Of a stretch of DNA of 64,000 bases, positions 1-10,420 are shown one piece after another; position 1 is the first letter of the stretch; each line of letters starts with the position of its first letter. This DNA is from Salisapilia sapeloensis CBS 127946 (Eukaryota > Protista > Oomycota), in contig JAADVB010000058.1 in assembly GCA_023334545.1 (NCBI GenBank), positions 20,704 through 84,703 of the forward strand, read 5' to 3'. The translations under genes and the position numbers were made by a program. The notes under the pieces were generated by a model, which had not been told where the DNA came from, made no database searches, and saw only the letters and a program-made list of their open reading frames with translations.

Positions 1-1392
1 ATGAAACATACCGAAGGAAATCATAGTAGCACGACGTACTAGACACATCGACATTCGGACTGAACACAGCCCAATGTAGCTTCAATTGCTCAATTTTTAC
101 AGAAACTCCAAGGTAGCTGTAGATATTGCCGAGAGCAGTGTCATTTAACTGTCACAACAGATCAATGCAGGCAGTGTGAATAGTTCCTCGATTTCCATAC
201 TTTTCAGGTAGCTCTAAGATATATCTTAGTTTGCCTCACTCTATGTGCACAATCATTTCAAGCCATTGGCACAAGCTAAGGTAGAGAGTATGTTTTACCC
301 GTAGTGAGATATAACGCCAAACAGTTCTTCGTGCAAATGCTGACTTCCAACACCAAGTCTATACTTCCACAAAATACTCTAAGTGACAATCTAATGTTAA
401 GCCCAACAATGTAACTTAAATCAAACCAAGATTTCACGCATCTTGCATGGCCTCTGATGAACGAAATGAGTATAATTCAGCTTATCCTCAATAAGATAGT
501 TCCAAAATGTCGAAGAGATCATTTCAAATGCCTGGATGTACAAGTGTCTTGTGTCATGATGTAATACCCTCTCACCTATGGTCGCAACATAATCGCCTTT
601 CGTTATGCTTGTGGCGAAAAGTATATTTTATCTTTTGCCTGCTTCAAGCAAGTCGACGCTAATGGGAATATAAAGAGAAAATCGAAGGAATTTGAGGTTG
701 CCACAAGTTGCTACTTAAGTTGATATTAGTACAATAACCAAGTAAACAGGAGCCCTAGTGGCCGTAGCATGATACCCGTAAAAAACCGTCTTACTAGAAA
801 GTAATAATTCTGCACTTATTCTTTCATAAATTCTTTGTTCGTCTTTCTTGTTTGGATATGAATTTGGGAGGGTCGTTGTTGTATGTCATAAGATTTTGTG
901 TGTCAAAGAGTCAATATCTTTTAGCATTTTCTCCTTAGAGTCCGTGAGGGTCCTCCCGTTAAGCGGTATTGTATGCCATGTGATGGAAAAGGACCCAAAT
1001 CTGGTTATGGTAACCTAGCATTTATGCAAGTACAAACTGCAGTATCACGACACCAGTTATCTTTATCAAAGACATACGATAGTATTTAATACGATCAACT
1101 AATTTCAACATATCGAAGCGTTCGGCCGACAGAGAGGTTATATTTCGTCGACATCCTGAGTTTGACCGTCCTCAATTGAATGCCATAATTTTATAGTTTC
1201 GTTCCTACACTCACCAATCAAGTGCTGATGCTTCTTGCATTCCGACATAGAGGACATTCCCAACGGCATCGGATACCTGGTAAACTCTATAATAATAGCG
1301 TCAGCATGTACGTCGGTGAGGAGACCAAAGGATGCGAAGCGCGTCAGACCAGCATACCAGCTGGGATAGTTAAGAGATGTACTTAAGTGTTA

Positions 1393-1418
1393 TTCATGAC
1401 GAAGATCTTCGTCATGAA
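1393..1418. repeat. 26-bp perfect palindrome TTCATGACGAAGATCTTCGTCATGAA
   Basis: Read directly: 13-bp arms, no loop, 125 bp past the stop of the FAH-family gene. Confidence 0.9.
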
Positions 1419-1543
1419 CATATGGAGTGAAGAGTGGAAGGAGTGCGAAGTTCCAAGCAGCAGACATACACTTTGCTCCCAGTATTCCATCAAAGACAGT
1501 AGTATTCATTTTTAAAACAAAATACAAGTTTCACGAAACGTTT

Positions 1544-2431
1544 TTACATTGCAGAGTGCGCCACAACTGGGTTTACGAGCTTTCCAATGCCTTCAATCTC
1601 AATTTCCACGACATCACCCGGAGCCAGATACACTGGCGGGTCTCTCGTGAAGCCAACTCCCTCCGGCGTGCCCGTTAGAATCAATGTTCCCTTCGGCAGA
1701 GTGCAGTCTTGCGACAGCTCTGAAATTAATCGAGCGACAGAAAAGATCATGTCGGCCGTGCTCGACTGCTGCATCGTCTTTCCATTCAAGTATGTTGCAA
1801 TTTTCAGGTCCTGCGGGTCTTTCAGTGCTTCCGGAGTGACCAGTTCGGGTCCAAGAGGACAAAACGTATCGAATCCCTTCGATCGGCTCCATTGCCCCCC
1901 ACCTTTCTTACCCTGCCAGCGTCGAGCCGACACGTCATTCGCACACGAGTAACCGCCGACGTACGACAACGCATCCTCAATCGAGACATTTTTGCATGCT
2001 TTGTTCAGAACCACCGCCAATTCGCATTCGTAATCAACTTCAGGAGGATCCATGGCAATACGAGGGATGACGATCGGATCATTTGGGTGCTGGATTGCGT
2101 GTGGACCTTTGGTGAATAGCACTGGATAGGCAGGTTCCGGCATATTCGTTTCCTTTGCATGCTTCCGGTAGTTGAGACCGATGCACAAAATTTGGGAAGG
2201 AACGATGGGGGCAAGTAGCTTTTTAATCGTAGCCTGGCGACCAGTGTACAGGCGGGTACCGAGCGGATCATTTTCTTCCACGAGATTCACAGTCGCACTC
2301 GACGCTTCCACACGTTCTCCGCATTGCACGACGCCACGTTCATCCTGGAATCGCACGAGTCTCGTCGCTCGAGCCGGACGCGCTGAAGATGACATGTTCA
2401 TGGAGCGGATACTTCGACCAAATAAAGTCAT
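1544..2431 (-). CDS. Fumarylacetoacetate hydrolase (FAH/FAHD) family protein, probable N-terminal mitochondrial presequence
   Basis: Motifs ILCIGLNYRKHAKE, VDYECELAVV, NDVSARRWQ, KGFDTFCPLGP, ILTGTPEGVG. First ATG at 2431 (the ORF track starts at GTG 2437). Arg/Ser-rich N-terminus. Confidence 0.93.
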   Translation of the reverse strand: MTLFGRSIRSMNMSSSARPARATRLVRFQDERGVVQCGERVEASSATVNLVEENDPLGTRLYTGRQATIKKLLAPIVPSQILCIGLNYRKHAKETNMPEPAYPVLFTKGPHAIQHPNDPIVIPRIAMDPPEVDYECELAVVLNKACKNVSIEDALSYVGGYSCANDVSARRWQGKKGGGQWSRSKGFDTFCPLGPELVTPEALKDPQDLKIATYLNGKTMQQSSTADMIFSVARLISELSQDCTLPKGTLILTGTPEGVGFTRDPPVYLAPGDVVEIEIEGIGKLVNPVVAHSAM

Positions 2432-2661
2432 AGCCACACGTTCGCTCTCGTCCAGATGTTGAATTTGTCTCGTAATGATCGTTACCTTCGCCCTCTTTTA
2501 TCTATTAAAAAGTGGGACAATAAGCAAAAACCCGATGCGTCACGAGTAGAGTCGATATAGCTTACGCATACAAAGACCAAGATGTGCAGGATAGCTCGAG
2601 TCGGCAACGTTAAAGACAGCAAAGTCGAAGTCAAAACCGAAAAGAAGAGAAGGGAGAGACC

Positions 2662-3210
2662 ATGGCGAACAAGCACGCGCAGCATCTCGCGGACTCGATC
2701 CTGTCGCTCTACGACGTTGCCGTCGATAGTGACGAGACCATTGCACGCCACTACCTGCCGGAAGCTGTGTTCACAGACCCGGTGGTGGCTGTCCGAGGTG
2801 TTGAAAACATCCAAGCTCAGTTTCGAGCTCTTAGCAAGTTCGTGCGCAGTTCTAAAGCAACGCTGGTGCGAGGCAGCATGGCTGGGTCGTCTGTGCTCAC
2901 AATCGACAGTAGCGTCGTGTTCCGCTTAAAGCCATTTCCAAGTCTACTCAAAATTCAACTGCGCATGTTTAGCGTCTTGGAGCTGCGAGGGGGTAAAATT
3001 GCGTCGCACACGGACCACTTTGACTTTTACTCGGTCCTGAATAACATTCCGGTCGTGTCCTACTTGTACGCACAATTCCGACCAATGTTTGGTGCCGCGA
3101 GCTCTGCAGTGATTAAACGCCTCGTGCCATCTTCTACGTCGACAAAGTATTTGACGGAAGAAGCCGAGTCGAATGGCAATGGCGTGCAGCAAGCGACAGC
3201 GACTAGCTAA
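2662..3210 (+). CDS. SnoaL-like / NTF2-fold protein
   Basis: 182-aa ORF with Y..EAVFTDPV..VRG...I..QF and GKIASHTDHFD, typical of SnoaL-like domains. Confidence 0.7.
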   Translation: MANKHAQHLADSILSLYDVAVDSDETIARHYLPEAVFTDPVVAVRGVENIQAQFRALSKFVRSSKATLVRGSMAGSSVLTIDSSVVFRLKPFPSLLKIQLRMFSVLELRGGKIASHTDHFDFYSVLNNIPVVSYLYAQFRPMFGAASSAVIKRLVPSSTSTKYLTEEAESNGNGVQQATATS

Positions 3211-3312
3211 GAAAAGAACAAGTGGTGGATTTTGTTATGACTGCAAGTAACAGCAAAATGAAAGAAAAAGAAAACAGTTTTTATTTTCAAAATGAAGTGT
3301 CTACCACGATCA

Positions 3313-4470
3313 TTACGGTAAGCCTAGTCCTGCGAACGGATCTCGTCCGTTCATCGGTCGACTAGGTTTGCTAGCAGCTTTTGACTGATGCATGGTATTC
3401 GAGGATTCTTTCATGCCATTCGGATCCAATAGGCTACTAATTGTCTGTCCGGCATTCGCTTGTTGCATCTGCTGTTGATACGATGCGTACGAATGCACTG
3501 GCTGGTGGGACATGTTACTTTGCATGCCATTGCCGTTCCAGCTCGAGTGGCTGTTCGTGTGGGACGGCTGAGATGGAGCCGGAGCTGGAGGTGTCTGGTG
3601 TACCGCATCAAAGGCACTAAAGTCAGGTCGGAACGATCCGTTCTGGCTGCTATTGCTACCGACCGACTGGGTAGGACTAACCTGCGGGGCAGAAGCAAAT
3701 GGATCGAACGACATACTTGAGCTCATGTGTGAACGGCTAGTGGAAACAGAGGACTGCGATCCAGGAGAGCTGACCACTGATGTCGCAGCTGCAGAACTCA
3801 ATCCGAACGGATCAAAGGACGAGTGGTTTGCTGTCGAGGAAGAGGATGCGACGGATGGTGTCCGGTGGGTGCTTCCGGAAGCTGTGAAATCTCCCCATAT
3901 GTCGTCTCCATTGGAGGAAGAGGCTGTGACGGCCTGGGTAGACCACATCGACGCATTGGACGAGGAAGAGACGGAAAATGCATCGAAGGAAGTGGCATTG
4001 GATACGTTGGAGGCTCCGTCGTCATTGAAATCCAGTAAGTTGATGCTTGGTGTGGGTGCTGGGGCCGCTGCTGACTCTGTTTCCTCCTGTTCTTCTGCAT
4101 AGAATGCCTTTTGGTTGTACACGACGTTAACAAAGTGCTTATAGTACTCGAGTGGGTCATCCGGCGTTGGCTTGTGCAATTGCGATTCGTCCCACTTAGC
4201 CAACCAACGACGTCGGCAAGCAGCATTGCCACCACCATTCTCGTCTTTGAGCGCAAGCACTTCATTGAGCTCCCAATTGCTCATCGTAACGCTTTTCACG
4301 CGAAACGAAAAGGACTGATGGGCACTTTTGCACATGCTACAGACAAATGCTTTCGTACGCTCGACGATATTCTGATGGCCAAACTTGCTCTCCGCGTCAC
4401 AGTTGGCGCAAGCCTTATTGGATGGCAAGCGCCGTAGAGCATTCAGCTGCGTCTCTGCGGACGTCGCCAT
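3313..4470 (-). CDS. ArfGAP-domain protein (AGFG/SMAP-like) with low-complexity tail carrying endocytic adaptor motifs
   Basis: N-terminal LRRLPSNKACANC...VCSMC..H..RVKSVTMSNW zinc finger. Tail has LLDF, WGDF, FDPF x2 and DPF motifs. Confidence 0.85.
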   Translation of the reverse strand: MATSAETQLNALRRLPSNKACANCDAESKFGHQNIVERTKAFVCSMCKSAHQSFSFRVKSVTMSNWELNEVLALKDENGGGNAACRRRWLAKWDESQLHKPTPDDPLEYYKHFVNVVYNQKAFYAEEQEETESAAAPAPTPSINLLDFNDDGASNVSNATSFDAFSVSSSSNASMWSTQAVTASSSNGDDIWGDFTASGSTHRTPSVASSSSTANHSSFDPFGLSSAAATSVVSSPGSQSSVSTSRSHMSSSMSFDPFASAPQVSPTQSVGSNSSQNGSFRPDFSAFDAVHQTPPAPAPSQPSHTNSHSSWNGNGMQSNMSHQPVHSYASYQQQMQQANAGQTISSLLDPNGMKESSNTMHQSKAASKPSRPMNGRDPFAGLGLP

Positions 4471-6928
4471 GGAGGGAGTAGATAAGAGTCAGCGGATAAA
4501 ATCCGTTTGAGTTATTTTGGGTGTCTGTCTCGGTTTAGTGGAAGCAATAATGGTTGTAATTTTATGAATTTGTGGTACGACTGCGGTACATGGAAACGTC
4601 GGACTGAAGGCTTCCGTATCCAGTGTCACTCCATCGAGTACCCTTCTCACGATGGTCATTGACAGTACGTGGAGGCGTGGAGCTGACGTACGTAACGATA
4701 TTGTGGTTATTAATGTAAAAGATAGTTCGTTGGATTTCTTTTGAAGCGTCTAAGTAGGGATAAATGGAATGGTTATCATGTTATGCCGAGCTGCAACCGG
4801 ATTATATAATTACCAAATACGGTGTGACAGCAGAAATGTACTACCAAAATGCAGTTAGGACAAAAAGGAGTCATGGTAGAATAATTAATGTGCTATTCAT
4901 CGGATGCTATATGAACATGGCCTTGTATGACCCTTGATCGAATACCGCCGTGGTCAAGTAGAATCCGAAAGCGCTATCGTGGTAGTAACTTTGTTCACAC
5001 ATAGAGATCATATTCTTATGCTGAAGTTGAGCTTTCAACATCCCTCGTGTGAGCTCCCGCAGCAGCAGCAACCAATAAAAAAATTAAGCTGACAGAACGG
5101 GTGTCGCCCGAGGTAAGCGTCTGATTTCTTATATCGATTGTTGCTCTGTTCATCACAAGCCGATTGACTTCCTGCTGGTTGATTACATAATAAAAAACAT
5201 GGTTTATCTCCTCTACTTTTCTATGCTACTTTGGTAACTCTTGCTTATCCATGTTCACGGTCAGAAGTCCACCACTCCAGCATTTCCCGAACATCGTCTC
5301 CGTAATAGTATCGCGTTGCAAAAGGTCGAGCTTACCATGCTATATTATATAACCGGCCTTTGAGGAATATGCTTAAGTAGCTGTTTATGTGGTAACTCTG
5401 AGCTACAAGCGCTAATCGCTATACATGCCGAAGATATAGCTATAAATACTAAGAAGACACAAACTAAAGGATCGGATGGAAGTATCGCTCGAGAGCGTAT
5501 AATGAAGTCGGGTTGTAGTTACACTGTCTACCCGGAAATAGATATCCGAACATCTATCGTGGATAGAAATAAGTTGAAGGAAGATTGAGAGCAACGTAAC
5601 CGGCAGATAGCTTTCCAAAGCACCAAATACAACTATGAAAAAGATCTTCTCGTCGACAAATGGAAATATGTCGACATAGCTATGGCATATGATGAAATCA
5701 ATCAATTCCGGACGATATTCTTAGCTCCAGGCAACGGGAATAAACTCTACTTAAAAGCATTCATAACAGTATTGTGGTTGAGACAATTAAAACGAAAACT
5801 TTGTCTGTGCATCCGTTTGTCTATGGTCTATACAGTTCGAAATTGTATCCTTATCCACTATAATTATTCTTTCACATTTTCTAGTGAGCTCCATCTTAAC
5901 ATGGATTTAGTTGCATCATTGAGTTCCTGGATGGAAGGAACTAAGTATTCAATTAGGTCCAGCAATTGATTCATACCACACTACTGTAGACTGTATACCT
6001 TGTACTCGTTTTAATCGCCCAACCATGTTTTCGTGTAAATCATAGAGACTAATTACTTTTATTACCATGCATCATCATCGGTACCGGTACTGTGGTGTAG
6101 ATTATACGAAAAAGTCCTTCGACTATCGATTAGCGAAGAAACCCACCATTCATTCCTCTTTTCTTTTCCTTTCCTTCTTTCGCACTCATTCGACCGAATT
6201 GTGGATATCTTGAGCTGCCTGGTGATTGATCATTTGTCTCAGTGACGATTCGAAAGAGGAAGTCAAAGTGTGTCTTTATAGGATGGTATTTACAATAGCT
6301 GTCACGAAGGATTACGTCGATCATGAAAATAAATATCGTGAAATTAGAAGTTTCACAAAAGTAGAAGCTTTAAACACAAACGAAGTAGTAGAAGCTGGTG
6401 ACGTCTATGGACATGCGTGTGGTTTCTGCAGCTACACCTAAAAGCGACTGCAAGAGTTTGAAAGTGAGGTTATTGTGAAGTTCGAAAAGAGATCTACAAG
6501 AAGGGTGGAACGTGCGTGGAAGCCATGAGTCTGATAAGCTGTATGTCAAAACGTCGGTAGAAACTTGCACTCTAAAAGTTTGTTATGTGTTGCAGACCCT
6601 TTCGAATGTGAAGGTGCTATGATCCGAGCGAATTTCTTTGATCCTTAAAGATCAAGCCGTAGCCAACGGGAACTCAGAATACTGTTAAAAGGTTTCTATA
6701 GGATAGTAGGGAATGTCGCGCTCTATCATTGAGAGATTTTCAACCACTCGCGTCTTTGTGCTTTCCTGTAGTAAGTTCGCATACGAAATCTCTTTGATGT
6801 AATTCTATGTGAATCATGACCGCATATGACCCAGAATCGAATATATGCCATTGCTGAATATAACCTAATATGGAATCGACTCTAGAGACCACTCCAAGTC
6901 ATTTTCATATTTATTCTCAAGTCCCATA

Positions 6929-7536
6929 ATGATGCGCACGACTGCCTTTGATGTAGCGTTGATAATCGCGATTTCTCCACGCTCAGTTTCACCGCACTCT
7001 ATGCGCGGCATGGAGGCCAAGTGTGATCCTAACATGGTTTGTCCGGAGGAAGTTGAGCCAAAGTGCGCATATTACGGTCAGATCTACTACAACGATTGCT
7101 TCAATGAGCGTGACAATTGTGGTCAATTTGAGATCAATCCTGTTGTTGAGAAAGATGTCTGCGATTCTTTAACTTTTAAAGTTTCGACGCCGGAATGCAA
7201 TAAAGATAACAAATGTGAGGATGTTCACAGACCTGTATGTGGATCAGACTTTAAAACGTACGATAACGCGTGCCTCTTCTGAAAACCAAACTGTGAAGCC
7301 AACATGAAGATGAAAGCTGATTCGCATGGGGTTGTAATTCAGAAGGCAGTGGAGATGATGGTGCAGGCTCATTTGCGAACAACTCTACTGCTGAAGGCGT
7401 TGATGTTGGTGATAATGATCCCTCGGATTTTTCAGATGTCGAATCAAACGACAACGGAAAAGCGATGGGCAAAGATGAAGGCGATGAGAATTGCTTGGGA
7501 AACAGTACTGACGATATGAGTTACTCTAGAGATTAG
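6929..7536 (+). pseudogene. Disrupted secreted two-domain Kazal protease inhibitor (EPI-like)
   Basis: Hydrophobic N-terminus and an intact first Kazal domain. The second domain is broken by TGA at 7280-7282 (CLF*KPNC keeps the C-x6-C spacing) and a frameshift at GGGG 7328-7331. The shifted frame gives G-C plus an acidic Asp/Ser/Gly tail ending at TAG 7534-7536. Confidence 0.75.
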
Positions 7537-8401
7537 AACATACCCAATTGGTTTGATCCTACTCGTCTGGACGATTGGCACTTGAGAGGCAACGGACCAT
7601 ATTTTAGTGATAGTCGATCGGACGAGAGTAAAGGGCATGTTCATGCCAGCGATCTAAGTAATTCGGGAAAAGATGGCCTTGATGTTGGTGAAAACGATCG
7701 GGGCGACTAGATGGAAGTTAGTACGGTAGCCATCTTAATTTGGACGCATCATTAAAAACCAAGTTTTATTATAATCCAAATGAAAAAAGATGGATGAAGC
7801 ATACTAGAACCGGTCAACAAATAGCTACTTGCACTACCTTGAACTCATGACATCTTTGATCTAGTAATCTAGCTTTCGCCATTCTGCGCCCTTTCATGTA
7901 TAGGAATTTCATTTTTAACCAGGCATCATTTACTTGATCTACAATACAATTTAATGAACAGGCCATCATAGCGATATGTCGATATTTTAAATGTCAAAAT
8001 GCAAATTATTTATTTGTTAAGTGTTTCGAACACTTATATTTTAGCGGTAATATATACTTTTACTTTTTAATATGAAGAGAAAGAAGCTTAAATATAAGTC
8101 ATCTCGAAGTCAAGACTCTTTCGATACGTGGCAATTATTCTGTTAGATTTATGGGAAATCTCTTCATATCAGCGCCTTCATCGTGGTCATCCGGTCACTG
8201 ACACGTATACAGCTCATCATTCGACAGATGGTCGTCGTCCTTCCACGACAGCCAAGATAACTGTGATGTGCATTTAATTCGCTTCGTAAGTCCAGGTGGC
8301 ATTATCCTATCTTGGATAGAATGTAATTGGAGCCAAGTGTGACTGCGTGGTCAGTACAGAATTTCCTTCACTGAGCACAACAAGCACAAGTTTCAAGAAA
8401 T

Positions 8402-10078
8402 ATGCTCCACCCTACTGTCCTTGTCATCTCGACTTTGGCTCTGCTGTCCTCGACACCTACTGTCGCAAACAACATGAGACGAGCACAGGATTGTCCTGAC
8501 ACGCCATGCTCTGATAAAGACGACCCCGTGTGTGCATCTAATCATCAGACATTTCGAAATGAGTGTGAATTTAACAAGAGAGCCTGCATCGAGTCGACTA
8601 AGATGACTATCATCTTCAATGGTTCTTGTGATAATGCTTTACAAAATGAAGATGAAGCTAGTCCTTCTCGCCGTCAACTTACTGGCTTTGGCTTTAGCTT
8701 AAATGATGCTGTCAATGATGTAGTGTCAACTATTGGCACTAGTGATGATAACGAGGAGGATGCCACTGGTATTAACGGTCTCATCAGTGACAGATTTCCG
8801 ATTAGTAAGACAGTTGAGAACGATCTATTGTCGACTATCAGCAGTTTTGGTGATTCTAAGGAGGAGGATTCCACTGGTATCAATGGTCTCGTGAGTGATG
8901 TATGGCCACAAGGTGGCGAGATTTCCAAAAGTGCATGGTCACTGTTGGACGGTAGCGGCACTAACCACCTGGATGACAGTGGAAATAATGATATGAGCAG
9001 TGACAGTCGAACAGCTCTTGACAGCGTTATCAAGGACATACTACCACTATATGACAGCAATGTCGATAGTGTGCTGGATGGCAGTAATAGCGACGGTTCG
9101 AGCAGCAGTCTACGGGCGAAACGCGATGATATTATGATAAGCCTAGTGTCGCAATACGACAGCAGTGGCAGTAGCTTGCAGGATGGGATTAGCAATGGTA
9201 ACTCCGCCGATGATAAATGGGCGAAGGTTGCCGATATTGCCAAAACCTTATTGCAACCGTATGACAGTAGTGGTGATAGCTCGCTGGATAGCAGTGGTAT
9301 TAATGACTCTGAAACTGACTTGCGGGCGAGATTAGGCGATACTATCAAAAGTTTAGTGGCAGCAAATGACAACAGTGGCAGTGACGATGTCTTCGTCAAT
9401 GGAAAATCAACTGGTGTCAACATTGGCAAAGTGGTGTCATCAATGCTTAGCAGCAGTGGCAGTAACTGGCAGGAAGGTTTTGCTGACCTTCTTTGCGAGC
9501 TGCATGGAGGCTGCAGTGAAGATTCCAAGGATTTAAAGACGTCATGTGATAATCTTAAAGCTTGCAAGACAGAGCACAACCCAGTGTGTGGAAGCGATTT
9601 GGTTACGTATTCAAACAAGTGTGAACTTGAAGTTGCCCGCTGCGAAAAGAAAGCAGACCTGAAGATACTTAAATCTGAAGCGTGTGATTCGACTTATGCA
9701 AATGGCGCGTCCAGCTCAAGTGGAGGAAGCGCAATGAGGGATGGCGCCATCTTTGGCAGCGATCTATCGGGCAACTCGAACTACGATGGAGTTACTGTTG
9801 GGGATGATGACTCTGAAAGCAATTTCTCGGACATACCGATCCTCGGCGAGGTTACTGTTGGAGATGTTACGTCTGAAAGTGATTCGTCGGACATACAAAG
9901 TTACGGTGAAGTTTATGCTGGAGATGATACAAATGAAAGTGATGCGCATGAGCTTGAGTACGAAGTTACTACTGGAGATGAAAAGTCAGAAAGTGATACA
10001 TCGGACGTATCAAGCCTCGGTATACCCGATGAAGTATATCTCGTGAACAACAGCGATAAGATCGGCACCTCTGACTAA
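8402..10078 (+). CDS. Secreted Kazal-type serine protease inhibitor, two Kazal domains separated and followed by Asp/Ser/Gly-rich repeats
   Basis: Signal peptide MLHPTVLVISTLALLSS. Kazal 1 CPDTPCSDKDDPVCASNHQTFRNECEFNKRAC...GSC; Kazal 2 CDNLKACKTEHNPVCGSDLVTYSNKCELEVARC...EAC. Confidence 0.9.
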   Translation: MLHPTVLVISTLALLSSTPTVANNMRRAQDCPDTPCSDKDDPVCASNHQTFRNECEFNKRACIESTKMTIIFNGSCDNALQNEDEASPSRRQLTGFGFSLNDAVNDVVSTIGTSDDNEEDATGINGLISDRFPISKTVENDLLSTISSFGDSKEEDSTGINGLVSDVWPQGGEISKSAWSLLDGSGTNHLDDSGNNDMSSDSRTALDSVIKDILPLYDSNVDSVLDGSNSDGSSSSLRAKRDDIMISLVSQYDSSGSSLQDGISNGNSADDKWAKVADIAKTLLQPYDSSGDSSLDSSGINDSETDLRARLGDTIKSLVAANDNSGSDDVFVNGKSTGVNIGKVVSSMLSSSGSNWQEGFADLLCELHGGCSEDSKDLKTSCDNLKACKTEHNPVCGSDLVTYSNKCELEVARCEKKADLKILKSEACDSTYANGASSSSGGSAMRDGAIFGSDLSGNSNYDGVTVGDDDSESNFSDIPILGEVTVGDVTSESDSSDIQSYGEVYAGDDTNESDAHELEYEVTTGDEKSESDTSDVSSLGIPDEVYLVNNSDKIGTSD

Positions 10079-10420
10079 AAACTACATAATCATGTTTTGC
10101 GAAACGAATTGAGGCTGAGCTTGTTAAAATGATGGGAAGAGATAATCAAAAGAGTGTGGTTTTGAAATCGATAGTTGTGGTAATGATATGGATATGCAGT
10201 CTACTAGTAACAGAAATAAAAGCATGTTCACAAACAAAAGCTAGTGTCAGTGTTGTCTGTATACCTGTACTCAATGCTTAAAGTAACAGCTCGAATGTAC
10301 TAACTTATGTGTGATATTACTAGCCACTTTGTGGTGCTGCTAGCAGCCAAGATTTATATTGTTTATTTTTCGTTTTCGATGCCTAGCCTTCATCCGTTTC
10401 AGTACTTTGTCAGATCTGAG

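Noticed and set aside
214-229. 16-bp palindrome CTAAGATATATCTTAG
   Set aside because: About one palindrome with 8-bp arms is expected by chance in 64 kb.
8674-9618. 314-aa antisense ORF
   Set aside because: Shadow of the repetitive Asp/Ser-rich Kazal gene; Leu/Ser/Pro-rich, no motifs.
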